This document shows, piece after piece, positions 1 through 9,696 of a DNA stretch of 57,089 bases (position 1 is its first letter; each line of letters starts with the position of its first letter). The stretch comes from Campylobacteraceae bacterium (lineage in GTDB: Bacteria > Campylobacterota > Campylobacteria > Campylobacterales > Sulfurovaceae): NCBI GenBank assembly GCA_026996165.1, contig JALWMP010000062.1:1-57089 (forward strand), given 5' to 3'. Made by a program: the position numbers and the translations under genes. The notes beneath the pieces are model-generated. The model was not told where the DNA came from, ran no database searches, and saw only the letters and a list, made by a program, of their open reading frames with translations.

Positions 1-213
1 CGTAGCTAATTCAAAAATTTTATTTTGGGAAGATTGCCTATTTTTAGGCTTCCCTTCGGGTTTTACGAGGTTTCCCATATGCTTAGACAGATTTTTTTGG
101 TAAAACTCCGCAACGAAGTGAGGACAATTAACTAGTTAGTCCTGCAAAAATCTGCCATTGCCTATGAAAAACCTCGTAAAATTGTGGATATAGTATTCCG
201 TCGAACTCAGGTT
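1..213. mobile_element. MITE-like structured repeat, copy 1 (left end truncated by window)
   Basis: Ends in ttgtggatatagtattccgtcgaactcaggtt, nearly identical to the terminal IR at 56086-56117. The body aligns to the reverse complement of 55828-56036 and to 40265-40415. Confidence 0.85.
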
Positions 214-338
214 ATAAATAGTTTGTTTATACTTTAACAAAAAAAACAGCGTTCAGATATAGATTAGTTAAGTAAATACTTACACATTTATTCTATTTTT
301 CGATAAAGTCCGAAATATTAAATGTAGAAGGCTATATC

Positions 339-470
339 ATGGGCATCAATCAGATTGAAGAGTTAAATCAAAAGAGATTTAAAAAGAGACAAGAGGTTGA
401 AATCTTTTTTAATAATCTAAAAAATATTACTAGAGATAGAAAAGTTAACGTGAACCTCACTCTCCCATAA
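339..470 (+). CDS. possible 43-aa small ORF or gene remnant (MGINQIEELNQKRFKKRQEVEIFFNNLKNITRDRKVNVNLTLP)
   Basis: Read by hand: ATG at 339 after agaagg. The stop lies inside the palindrome at 450-497. No recognisable family. Confidence 0.25.
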   Translation: MGINQIEELNQKRFKKRQEVEIFFNNLKNITRDRKVNVNLTLP

Positions 471-497
471 TCTTTGATTTGGGAGAGTGAGGTTCAT
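450..497. repeat. REP-like palindrome family A, copy 1
   Basis: tgaacctcactctccc (451-466) pairs perfectly with gggagagtgaggttca (481-496). A second copy lies at 44304-44340. Confidence 0.75.
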
Positions 498-622
498 GAT
501 ATTAATAAGTTTAGTAGTTAACTTCCAAAATTCTCCAAAAAATAAGTTTTATGTCATTAGCAAAAATAATTGGCTATTTTTTACTCTAACTCTTTGTGCT
601 ATTATTCTGTAGAACTAAGGTT

Positions 623-650
623 TAGAGCTTAGTTTAAAAACTAAGCTCTA
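623..650. terminator. hairpin overlapping the tilS stop codon, possible terminator
   Basis: tagagcttagttt-aa-aaactaagctcta, a perfect 13-bp inverted repeat. Confidence 0.45.
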
Positions 651-1614
651 TCTTCTCTCTAAAAAGATAGGGGCGAATTTTAGATGGAACAGAGAGTACT
701 CTACACTGCTCTTTAAACTTTTTAGACATTGTCTCATTTGAGTAAGGTGCAATAAAGATTCTATTTTCTCTTACTTCTACAGCCCATTTCCCACCAAAGA
801 CGATAGATGTTTCACTCTTTAACTCCTCTCTTTGAGAAGCAGATAACAAATAGCCTAGTTTTTTTAGATATTGGTCAACAGCTCTTGGTATTTGATAGGT
901 ATGATTATACCCTATAATAAAAAGCTTTTTATACTGAAAAAGCTCAATAATTCCATTACTTAATGCCTCTTTATCCTCTTTTAAGTAGTTAAAACTGCGT
1001 TTAATTCCATCACTATATCTCTCTAAGAGTTCATTAGAAAAATTTTCTCTAAAGATATTTCGTTCATAATAAGGCTCAAAGTTACTTTGGTCAACAAAAT
1101 AGTTATGTTTATTACTTTTAAGATAACTTATTAGCTCATCTTTACTATATTGAAGTAGAGGTCGAATAACATTATAGTTATTTCTCATAGAGAACTCTTC
1201 TAACCCTATAAGCTCATGAACTCCTGCTCCTTTCGTAAACCTCATTAAAAACCATTCTAGCTGGTCATTGAGTTGATGGGCTGTAATAAGGTTATCATAG
1301 TTACTCATAAGATTATCAAAAAATGAATATCTAAAATCACGAGCATTTTTCTCAAAGTTACTTTCAAACTTTGGAGCATGTAAAATATGAGCTTTTAGAT
1401 TATATTTTTTAGATAGTTCAAGAGCATAAGACTCCTCCTCTTTAGCTTGTTGGCGTAAACCATAATTAACCAAAGCAATATCAAAAGGTATATTATGTTC
1501 AATAAGTATAAAGAAGAGAGCAGAAGAGTCTACTCCTGCTGAAAAAGCAAGAAGATTTCTCTTACCACTAAGTAAAGATAGGGATTTATTAGAGAGATTT
1601 AGTAAGTGTTCCAA
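634..1614 (-). CDS. tilS: tRNA(Ile)-lysidine synthetase
   Basis: PP-loop AFSAGVDS, FEKNARDFRY, TAHQLNDQLEWFLMR, RPLL and DQSN motifs. Confidence 0.93.
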   Translation of the reverse strand: MEHLLNLSNKSLSLLSGKRNLLAFSAGVDSSALFFILIEHNIPFDIALVNYGLRQQAKEEESYALELSKKYNLKAHILHAPKFESNFEKNARDFRYSFFDNLMSNYDNLITAHQLNDQLEWFLMRFTKGAGVHELIGLEEFSMRNNYNVIRPLLQYSKDELISYLKSNKHNYFVDQSNFEPYYERNIFRENFSNELLERYSDGIKRSFNYLKEDKEALSNGIIELFQYKKLFIIGYNHTYQIPRAVDQYLKKLGYLLSASQREELKSETSIVFGGKWAVEVRENRIFIAPYSNETMSKKFKEQCRVLSVPSKIRPYLFREKIELSF

Positions 1615-2902
1615 GAAGTCTATCTCCTACTATTTGAGTTATCTTTGCTTCATACATTGCACCAAAAACAATTTCTAAATCAGAGGTATCATTAATCAAA
1701 ATATCTCCATCAATATCTTTTGCCCAAAGTATTGGACGAGCCGATAAAATATACTCATGCTCATCACTCTCTCCCTCTAAAATGACTATAATAGTTTTAT
1801 TTAGCATCTTCTTTAGAGAGTTCATGGTTGTCTCTTTAGAAATATCTTCAAGTACTTCAACTCGCTCTTCAATAATCTCTAAAGGTACTGGTTTCATTGT
1901 AAAGGCAGGAGTAGTCTCTTCATTGGAGTAGAAAAATACGTTAAATCGGTCAAATTGAAACTCTTTTAGAAAGATACAAAGACGTTCAAAAGCTTCATTA
2001 CTCTCTTCTGGGTGACCAGCAATGATGGAAGTACGTATAAAAGCATCTTTTTTAGATTTCATATACTCTAAAAGTTCAATAGTCTTTTTTTCTCCAAAAC
2101 CACGACGCATTATCTTTAGAACACCATCATCAATATGCTGAATAGGCATATCGTAGTAGGTTTGAAAAATCTTTGAATCTGCAATAGTATCTATGAGTTT
2201 AAATGTAGTGGTACTTGGATATAGATATAAAATACGAGCTACCTTTACACCTTCTATCATATCAATAGTTTTAATAAGTTCTACTAAACCATCTTTTAGT
2301 CCTATGTCTCGCCCAAAACTAGATGAGTCTTGAGATATAAATGAAAACTCATAAAATCCCTTAGCTACTAAAGCTGTAACTTCTTTTTTTATTGACTCTA
2401 AAGTACGAGAGTGTAGTTTTCCTTTAAATGATGGAATAGCACAAAATGAACAGCTTTGATTACACCCCTCTGCAATTTTAATATAGGCATGAGTATTTGA
2501 ACCAGTAATAACTCTTTCTGATTCTTCATTAGCAAGATAGACAGATGGTGAAAAAATACTACGCTTTTGAGCTATCATCTTATCAATTTTTTCATAATCT
2601 CCTACTCCTGTAAAGATGTCAACTTCAGGTAAGTCTTGTTGTAACTCTTCTTGATAACGTTGGGTTAAACAACCACTAACTACCAATAGTGAACCCTCTT
2701 TACGCTCTTCATGAAGGTTTAAAATAGTACTAATACTCTCCTCTTTAGCTGCATCTATAAAGCCACAAGTATTGACAATAATAACATCAGCTTCACTTGC
2801 ATTATTAGAAATATCATAGTCTCGAAGTCGCCCAAGCATAACCTCTGAATCGACAAGATTTTTAGTACAGCCAAGACTTACAAGATGCAATTTTTTTGAC
2901 AA
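1589..2902 (-). CDS. rimO: ribosomal protein S12 methylthiotransferase
   Basis: SLGCTKNLVDSEVML N-terminus, NTCGFI, radical SAM motif CNQSCSFC. Confidence 0.95.
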   Translation of the reverse strand: MSKKLHLVSLGCTKNLVDSEVMLGRLRDYDISNNASEADVIIVNTCGFIDAAKEESISTILNLHEERKEGSLLVVSGCLTQRYQEELQQDLPEVDIFTGVGDYEKIDKMIAQKRSIFSPSVYLANEESERVITGSNTHAYIKIAEGCNQSCSFCAIPSFKGKLHSRTLESIKKEVTALVAKGFYEFSFISQDSSSFGRDIGLKDGLVELIKTIDMIEGVKVARILYLYPSTTTFKLIDTIADSKIFQTYYDMPIQHIDDGVLKIMRRGFGEKKTIELLEYMKSKKDAFIRTSIIAGHPEESNEAFERLCIFLKEFQFDRFNVFFYSNEETTPAFTMKPVPLEIIEERVEVLEDISKETTMNSLKKMLNKTIIVILEGESDEHEYILSARPILWAKDIDGDILINDTSDLEIVFGAMYEAKITQIVGDRLLGTLTKSL

Positions 2903-2934
2903 GTTAGTTCTCCAAATATTATTTCTCCAATGAG

Positions 2935-2960
2935 TATTCCAAAGTTAAAACTTTGGAGTA
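2935..2960. repeat. REP-like palindrome family B, copy 1, or terminator
   Basis: tattccaaagtt-aa-aactttggagta. Same geometry as 48702-48727. Confidence 0.45.
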
Positions 2961-3010
2961 GTTAAGGAATGTTTTTTCATATTGTATCTAATACCTCAAT
3001 ATATTTGGCT

Positions 3011-3472
3011 TTATGGTCGAAGAACTTGAACTACAAAACTATTTTTATGAAGATATTTTTTTACACTTCCTATATGAGAGTGAGCTTCATTGTATGATTT
3101 GTATGGTCCAACAAGTACATAATCTTTATTGTATTTATTAAGAACAATATAGTTAAAAGATGAGTTATTTAATGGAGCAAGAAAAGCTTTACTTGGACGA
3201 TATTTTTCAAAAACAGCTATTTGTAAATAGAAACCTGGTTGTGCTGATTTGGAGAAAATTTTATTACTACTCCCTTTTTGTAATGTTTTAGAGTATTTTT
3301 TATCTACTATTCCTGAAAGTGGTTCACTTTGATTAGTGCTTTTTACTGCTGTACTATGGTCTACTATTCCTGAAATAGATTCATCATTTGTCTGTTTTGT
3401 TTTATTACTTACTCCTGTTTCACAACCAAGTAAAAAGAAGAGTACAATAGTTATTAATGCAGTTTTTTTCAT
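3011..3472 (-). CDS. SPOR-domain lipoprotein
   Basis: Lipobox LLGC. C-terminal GFYLQIAVF...VLVGPYKSYNEA SPOR pattern. Confidence 0.8.
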   Translation of the reverse strand: MKKTALITIVLFFLLGCETGVSNKTKQTNDESISGIVDHSTAVKSTNQSEPLSGIVDKKYSKTLQKGSSNKIFSKSAQPGFYLQIAVFEKYRPSKAFLAPLNNSSFNYIVLNKYNKDYVLVGPYKSYNEAHSHIGSVKKYLHKNSFVVQVLRP

Positions 3473-3720
3473 GTTTTCCCTTTTGACATAAAATATATTA
3501 AGTAGCTGAGTTTATCAGATACTTGGCTAATAAAGTATGATAACTTACTCAAACTTGATACCACTTTATAAATGTACTTAAAAACAACACAATTTAAAGA
3601 AAGCTACTTTAAATCTATTTTTTTTGATTTAATTAGTTGTAATTTTAGTTTCAAGGACTAATTTATACTTAAGAAATATTTTATTTAGTTTTTCTCTTTT
3701 GTAAAATTTTAAATTTAGAT

Positions 3721-3754
3721 ATAATAACTCAAAAATAAAAAATTGAGTTATTAT
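3721..3754 (+). promoter_or_regulatory. 12-bp perfect inverted repeat over the fic -10 box and start codon (candidate operator)
   Basis: ataataactcaa-N10-ttgagttattat. TATAAT at 3720-3725, ATG at 3753. Confidence 0.55.
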
Positions 3755-5084
3755 GGCAAAAAGTATTATTGAAAAAGCACCATTTAAATTTTCTGAACTT
3801 CCTAAAAATTTGACTCCTGAAAAGTTTGAATATATTTTGAAATATAAAGAGACCGATAGTCAAGGGCGTTACTTATATTGGGATAAATTTAAATATAGAG
3901 TAAAAAATGGTGATGATCTAGAGACAGCTTGGTGGGCTACTAAATGGAATCGTTTAGCTAAGATGAAGCCTATTGACTATGAGGGTAAAACTGATGAAGA
4001 TACATTTGCCTTTTGTGTTCCTGATATACTTCAAGCTCAACTTCATAAAATTGCGACTTTATCTTCTCAAGGTATTGTTCCTCATAACTCTATCAAAAAA
4101 AACTATCTAATTTCATCATTACTTATGGAAGAGGCTATAAGTAGTTCACAACTTGAAGGAGCTTCTACTACACGTCGTGTTGCTAAATCAATGCTAAGTT
4201 CAGGCAGAAAACCTACTAATGAAGATGAACAGATGATTTTAAATAACTATCTACTTATGCAAGAGATTAAGCGAAGTAAAGATGAAGAGTTAACACTAGA
4301 TTTAATTTTAGAGTATCATAAAATTGCCACACGAGGAAATAAGATAAATGGCAATGTAGCAGGAGTTTTTAGAGATAATGATGAGATTGTAATTACAGAT
4401 GGTTTTGAAGAGATAGTTCATGTTCCACCACCTTACAAAAATATAGAAGAGCGTTTACAAAAGGTTTGTGCTTTTGCAAACAAAGAGCATTTAGGAGAGA
4501 GTGGAGAGATGTTTATTCACCCTGTGGTGAAGGCTATTATTTTACATTTTATGATTGCTTATGAACATCCATTTTCTGATGGCAATGGACGAACAGCACG
4601 AGCTATATTTTATTGGTTTATGCTTCGTAGTGGATATGACTTTTTTGAGTATATCTCTATTAGTAAATTACTTAAAGAAGCTCCTACTAAATATGGAAAA
4701 TCATTTCTTTATACTGAGATAGATGATAATGACTTGACCTATTTTATCTTTTATCAGGTAGAGATTATTATTCGTGCTATTGATGAGCTATTGCGTTACT
4801 TACAAAAGAAGAGCCAAGAGTTTGAAGAGGTCTCTAAACTTTTAAATAGTTCACCTGTTGGTAGAGCTTTAAACTTTATACAAAAAGATATTGTCAAAAA
4901 AGCTATTAAAAATCCTGGTCGTATATTTACAAGTAATGAGATAGTAAGTGACTATGACATCTCTGAAAATACAGCACGAAAATATCTCAATGAGTTAGTT
5001 AAATATAAGATTTTAGCCTCCTATAAAGAGGGGAGAAGAGTTAACTATATTGCTCCTTCTACTATTCGTGAGACACTTTCATAA
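3753..5084 (+). CDS. Fic family protein (AMPylase-type) with C-terminal HTH
   Basis: Canonical HPFSDGNGRTAR motif, N-terminal inhibitory SSQLEG, C-terminal ISENTARKYLNELV helix-turn-helix. Confidence 0.92.
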   Translation: MAKSIIEKAPFKFSELPKNLTPEKFEYILKYKETDSQGRYLYWDKFKYRVKNGDDLETAWWATKWNRLAKMKPIDYEGKTDEDTFAFCVPDILQAQLHKIATLSSQGIVPHNSIKKNYLISSLLMEEAISSSQLEGASTTRRVAKSMLSSGRKPTNEDEQMILNNYLLMQEIKRSKDEELTLDLILEYHKIATRGNKINGNVAGVFRDNDEIVITDGFEEIVHVPPPYKNIEERLQKVCAFANKEHLGESGEMFIHPVVKAIILHFMIAYEHPFSDGNGRTARAIFYWFMLRSGYDFFEYISISKLLKEAPTKYGKSFLYTEIDDNDLTYFIFYQVEIIIRAIDELLRYLQKKSQEFEEVSKLLNSSPVGRALNFIQKDIVKKAIKNPGRIFTSNEIVSDYDISENTARKYLNELVKYKILASYKEGRRVNYIAPSTIRETLS

Positions 5085-5124
5085 ATAAGTTAGATTAAAA
5101 TTTTAGGTAAATTTTATTTTAATC

Positions 5125-5195
5125 AATCAGGCACTATTATTTTTTTTAAAAATAGTTTCCGATTAAATTTCTTTGAAGCTTAATTTATATATAAT
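5125..5195 (+). promoter_or_regulatory. putative promoter of the sap/glycan operon with upstream imperfect inverted repeat
   Basis: aatcaggcactatt (5125-5138) / aatagtttccgatt (5151-5164), 11 of 14 matching. TATAAT at 5190-5195, SD aagga at 5212. Confidence 0.4.
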
Positions 5196-5221
5196 TTTCT
5201 TTAAGAAGATAAAGGATCGTT

Positions 5222-6622
5222 TTGGCTAGAAGATATAGAATTTTTATAACAAATTTACCTTTTTTAGTTTTTTTAGGAAGTATAGACGGTATAACACTTT
5301 TTAAAGAGAAAGAGGATTATAAATATTTTTTAATTTTAATAAAAAATTTAAGTAAAAAATATCTACTAGATATACACTCTTATATACTTTTAGAGAATTC
5401 AATTTATTTTTTAGGAACACCCAAGACAAAAGATAGTTTAGTAAAATTTATGCAGAGTTTAGCAAGAAGTTATACAACATATTATAATAAAAAATATAAT
5501 AGAAAGGGTACACTTTGGGCAGGACGATATAAAGCAAGTTTAGTAGATGAACGAGCCTATCTTTTAGATGTAATGATATATATAGAGTCTTTATCAAACT
5601 ATAAGAATAAAAGAAATAACTATTATAGTAGTATCGGTAAAAATTTTTTTAATGAAGAGAATGATTTTCTTATAGAACATACTATATATAAAGAATTAGG
5701 AAAAAACAGTAAAGAGAGAAGTATTAACTACTCAGCCCTTTTTAACAGTAGATTAAATAGTATTCACTCATTTCAGTTTATAAGAGAAAATTTAGAGAAA
5801 CAGTTGATTATAGGAACTCTACCTTTTATAAAAAAGATAGAAAAAACTATAGGAAAAACATTAAGAGCCAAAAAAAGAGGCCGACCTAAAAAAAATCAAA
5901 AGAAAAGGAAAAAGATGTATAAAAAATTAGTAGTGTTAGATAAAAGTAAACATTTAGATTTAAAATTAAATAAGATGAAAAATTTAGATTTTGCGAAAGA
6001 GTTAAATTTTTGTCCCATAGTAGCTAAAGAGTTAGAGCAAATGGCACAACTATTTCCAGTAGTTTTCAGTGGAGATAACGAGAATCCTGTACTTGTATCA
6101 TTGTTATCATTAGGTACACAGAATCTTGCCATTAATAGTGAAGGGAAATGGATAGGTAGTTATATACCATTATTTATAAGAAGATACCCTTTTTCTCTTG
6201 CCTCATCAGGTGAAAATAGTGAACAGAAGATAGTTTTAATAGATGAAGATTCTAGCCTATTTTCAACAAGTACTGGAGAAAATCTCTTTACTAAAGATGG
6301 AGAACAGACAGAACAATTAAAAAATGCTATTAATTTTTTAACAGTTTATGATAATGATGTTACTATAACAAATAGTGTTGTTAAGACTATAAGTCAAAGT
6401 GGTATATTAGAAACAAGAGAGATTACCGTTGGAGAAGGAGATGAAAAAAAGGTATTAGTAGAGGGATTCAAAGTTGTAGACAGAGAAAAACTTAATCAGT
6501 TAAGTGATGAGATATTAGCTAATTGGACAAGAAAAGGAATTATCAATTTTATAGAGGTGCATTTAAAATCTTTAAATAATATAGAAAGATTATTTACGCT
6601 AATGACACAACAACAGAGATAA
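5222..6622 (+). CDS. sapC: fusion of a degenerate Y1/RAYT transposase domain (aa 1-~225) and SapC (from M232)
   Basis: N-half has MARR, KFMQSL..SYTTYYNKKYNRKGTLWAGRYKASLVD and KKRGRPKK, but the HUH position reads SIY. C-half has FPVVF, YIPLFIRRYPF and GFKVVDREKLNQLSDE SapC motifs. Lies directly upstream of the T1SS genes. Confidence 0.85.
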   Translation: MARRYRIFITNLPFLVFLGSIDGITLFKEKEDYKYFLILIKNLSKKYLLDIHSYILLENSIYFLGTPKTKDSLVKFMQSLARSYTTYYNKKYNRKGTLWAGRYKASLVDERAYLLDVMIYIESLSNYKNKRNNYYSSIGKNFFNEENDFLIEHTIYKELGKNSKERSINYSALFNSRLNSIHSFQFIRENLEKQLIIGTLPFIKKIEKTIGKTLRAKKRGRPKKNQKKRKKMYKKLVVLDKSKHLDLKLNKMKNLDFAKELNFCPIVAKELEQMAQLFPVVFSGDNENPVLVSLLSLGTQNLAINSEGKWIGSYIPLFIRRYPFSLASSGENSEQKIVLIDEDSSLFSTSTGENLFTKDGEQTEQLKNAINFLTVYDNDVTITNSVVKTISQSGILETREITVGEGDEKKVLVEGFKVVDREKLNQLSDEILANWTRKGIINFIEVHLKSLNNIERLFTLMTQQQR

Positions 6623-6631
6623 AGTAAAAAA

Positions 6632-8395
6632 ATGAATAAAGTAGATAAAAAGTTAGCAGAGAGTAGTTTAGAAAATGTTTTAAAAAGAACTAGGAAATGG
6701 TTCTTTTATGCAGGATTATTTAGTCTTTTTATAAATATACTTATGCTTGTTCCATCATTTTATATGCTTCAAGTATATGATAGAGTAATGCAGAGTAGAA
6801 GTTTGGAGACACTACTTTTTTTAACAATACTAGTTGCAGTACTGTTTGTAACAATGGGACTTTTACAAGTTATTCGCTCTAGAGTACTTGTAAGAGTATC
6901 AAATAAAATTGATATGGACTTAAATGGTAAAGTTTATGATACAATCTTTAAACTAGCAAGATTACAACCTGGAAAAGTATCAGCCTCTCCAATAAATGAT
7001 TTGACAAAACTAAGACAATATATGACAGGAAATGGAGTTTTTGCATTTTTTGATGCACCTTGGTTTCCAATATATTTGTTTGTAATGTATCTCTTTAGTC
7101 CTATATTTGCTGCTTTTACTGTATTTGCTGCTATTGTTATCTTTTCTATTACAATTATAAATGAAAAATCAACTAAAAAAGGTTTAGAAAAGGCAAACAG
7201 TTTAAATAATCAATCATCATTTTTTTTAAATAAAAATATTCAAAATGCAGAGATTATTCATGCACTTGGTATGCATGAAGCTATAAAAAAGAAATGGTAT
7301 GATAAACATTTAAAATTTTTACATATACAGTCACAAGCAAGTGATGTAGCAGGAAAATGGGCTAATCTTAGTAAGACTTCAAGACAGTTTTTTCAATCTC
7401 TTACATATGGAATTGGTGCTTATTTAGCAATAAAAGGACTTATATCTCCTGGTACAATTATTGCTGGTGCAGTCTTAATGGGAAGAGCCTTAGCTCCATT
7501 AGACCTTTTAACAGCTTCATGGAAAGGTTTTGCAGAAGCACGAAGTGCTTATGGAAGATTGAATAATATGTTAAAAGAGTTCCATGAAAAAGAGGATAAT
7601 ATGGATTTGCCACCACCAAAAGGAGAACTTTCTATTGAAAGAGTTGTTGTAGCTCCACCTTTGGCGAAGACAGCAGTTTTAAAAGGTATAAGTATGAAAA
7701 TACCTAAAGGGAGTGTAGTAGGACTAATTGGGACTAGTGGAAGTGGAAAATCTACTCTTGCTAGAGCAATGTTAGGCGTATGGCCATTAATGAGTGGTAC
7801 TGTGCGATTAGATGGTGCTGATATACATAAATGGGATACTCAAAAATTAGGACCATATTTAGGATATTTACCTCAAGATATTGAACTTTTTGAAGGGACA
7901 ATAGCAGAAAACATAGCTAGATTGGGTGAAGTAGATGCTGTAAAAGTTGTAGAAGCTGCTCAGATAGCAGGTGTTCATGATATGATACTCAAATTTCCAA
8001 ATGGTTATGATACTAAAATTGGTGCAGGAGGTATTGGATTAAGTGGTGGGCAAAGACAAAGGGTTGGTTTAGCAAGAGCAATCTATAAAAATCCTATTTT
8101 TGTGGTACTAGATGAACCAAATTCAAACTTAGATAGAGAAGGTGAAGTTGCACTTGCTAGTACTATTAAGTATCTAAAATCAATAGGAACAACAGTTGTT
8201 ATAATATCTCATAAGACAGAAATTTTGCTTAGTACAGATTTAATAGCAGTCTTAAAAGAAGGAATGTTATCTATGTATGGTAAAAGTAGTGAGGTATTAG
8301 TTAAACTTGGACTTGCAAAAGTACAACCACAAAAAGAGCAAAAATCTCAATCAAGTGTATCACTTGCTAAACCAAGTAGTGAAGGAAAGAGATGA
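6632..8395 (+). CDS. sapD: type I secretion ABC transporter, PrtD/SapD family
   Basis: YMLQVYDRV, FFDAPW, Walker A GTSGSGKST, LSGGQRQR, LDEPNSNLD. Confidence 0.93.
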   Translation: MNKVDKKLAESSLENVLKRTRKWFFYAGLFSLFINILMLVPSFYMLQVYDRVMQSRSLETLLFLTILVAVLFVTMGLLQVIRSRVLVRVSNKIDMDLNGKVYDTIFKLARLQPGKVSASPINDLTKLRQYMTGNGVFAFFDAPWFPIYLFVMYLFSPIFAAFTVFAAIVIFSITIINEKSTKKGLEKANSLNNQSSFFLNKNIQNAEIIHALGMHEAIKKKWYDKHLKFLHIQSQASDVAGKWANLSKTSRQFFQSLTYGIGAYLAIKGLISPGTIIAGAVLMGRALAPLDLLTASWKGFAEARSAYGRLNNMLKEFHEKEDNMDLPPPKGELSIERVVVAPPLAKTAVLKGISMKIPKGSVVGLIGTSGSGKSTLARAMLGVWPLMSGTVRLDGADIHKWDTQKLGPYLGYLPQDIELFEGTIAENIARLGEVDAVKVVEAAQIAGVHDMILKFPNGYDTKIGAGGIGLSGGQRQRVGLARAIYKNPIFVVLDEPNSNLDREGEVALASTIKYLKSIGTTVVIISHKTEILLSTDLIAVLKEGMLSMYGKSSEVLVKLGLAKVQPQKEQKSQSSVSLAKPSSEGKR

Positions 8396-9696
8396 ATAAA
8401 ATAGTAGAAAAAGAAGAAGTAACTCTTCCTCCTAGTGACCCAACAAAAATAGTACTATTTGGTATAGTTTTACTTATAGTTGTATTTGGTGTTATTGGAG
8501 GCTGGATGGCATATGCACCATTAGCTAGTAGTTCAGTTGCTAATGGAAAGGTTGTTATTGGTGGAGTGAAGCAAAAAGTACAAAGTTTAGATGGAGGTAG
8601 AGTAAAAGCTATTTATATTAATGATGGTGATATAGTAAAAAAAGATACTCTTTTGATAAAGTTAGATGATGTTCAAATTGAAGAAGCTTTAAAAAATTTA
8701 AAATCACAATATCAAAATACAATGGTGGAATATGCAAGATTGAAAGCAGAATTAGAAAATAAAAATAAAATAAATTTTCCAAATAATATTGATAAACACT
8801 TAATTGAAACTCAAAAAAGTATATTTAAAACAAGAAAAAAATCTCTAAATGATGAAAGATTAATAAGTAAAAAGAGAGTAATACAAGCTAAAAAGCAGAT
8901 AGGCTCTTTAAAAGCATTAATTAACTCAAACAAAAGAAGACTTAAAGATGTTATAGAGCAAAAAAGAGAACAGCAAATTCTATTTAAACAAAGATTAATC
9001 AATAAACTAAAAATTCAAGAACTAGAAAAAGAAGAAAATCTTTTAAAAGGAGATATTGCAAGTAAAAGAGCAGATATTTTAAGATTAAGAGAGAAAATAG
9101 GAGAGATAGAGACTCAAGAGCTTTTAAGTAAAAAGAAGTTTAGAGAAGATGTTTTAAATAAATTGGTTCAAACACAATCTGAAATTGAAAAATTAAAAGC
9201 ACAAATTGCTACTAGTGAAGATAAGTTAAAAAGAACAGAAATAAAAGCACCTATTGGTGGGGCAATAGTAGGACTTAAAGTTCATACAATAGGAGATGTA
9301 ATTAGACCAGGAGCTGATATTTTAGAGATAGTTCCAGCTGATTATAAGCCATTAATAGTGGCTTATGTCAACTTAAAAGATATTGATAAAGTAAAAATAG
9401 GAGAAAAGAGTATAGTAACATTTCCTGCTTTTAATATGAAAAATATGCAACCTATAGAGGGGAAAGTTATTTATATTTCAGCTGATAGTATGAAAAATAA
9501 AGATTTAAGAGGCTATTTTTATAAGGCGAAAATTGAATTAACAGAAAAAAGTAAAAAAGAGTTAAACGATAATAATCTTACACTTGTTTCGGGTATGCCA
9601 GTCGTAGCAATGATTAATACAGGAAATAGAACAATGTTAGATTACCTTATTAAACCATTTGTTGATATGTTTAGAAAGAGTTTTAATGAAGAGTAA
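8392..9696 (+). CDS. sapE: type I secretion membrane fusion protein, HlyD/PrtE/SapE family
   Basis: Single TM segment, long coiled coil, IKAPIGG, GMPV...RTMLDYLIKP. Confidence 0.92.
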   Translation: MNKIVEKEEVTLPPSDPTKIVLFGIVLLIVVFGVIGGWMAYAPLASSSVANGKVVIGGVKQKVQSLDGGRVKAIYINDGDIVKKDTLLIKLDDVQIEEALKNLKSQYQNTMVEYARLKAELENKNKINFPNNIDKHLIETQKSIFKTRKKSLNDERLISKKRVIQAKKQIGSLKALINSNKRRLKDVIEQKREQQILFKQRLINKLKIQELEKEENLLKGDIASKRADILRLREKIGEIETQELLSKKKFREDVLNKLVQTQSEIEKLKAQIATSEDKLKRTEIKAPIGGAIVGLKVHTIGDVIRPGADILEIVPADYKPLIVAYVNLKDIDKVKIGEKSIVTFPAFNMKNMQPIEGKVIYISADSMKNKDLRGYFYKAKIELTEKSKKELNDNNLTLVSGMPVVAMINTGNRTMLDYLIKPFVDMFRKSFNEE

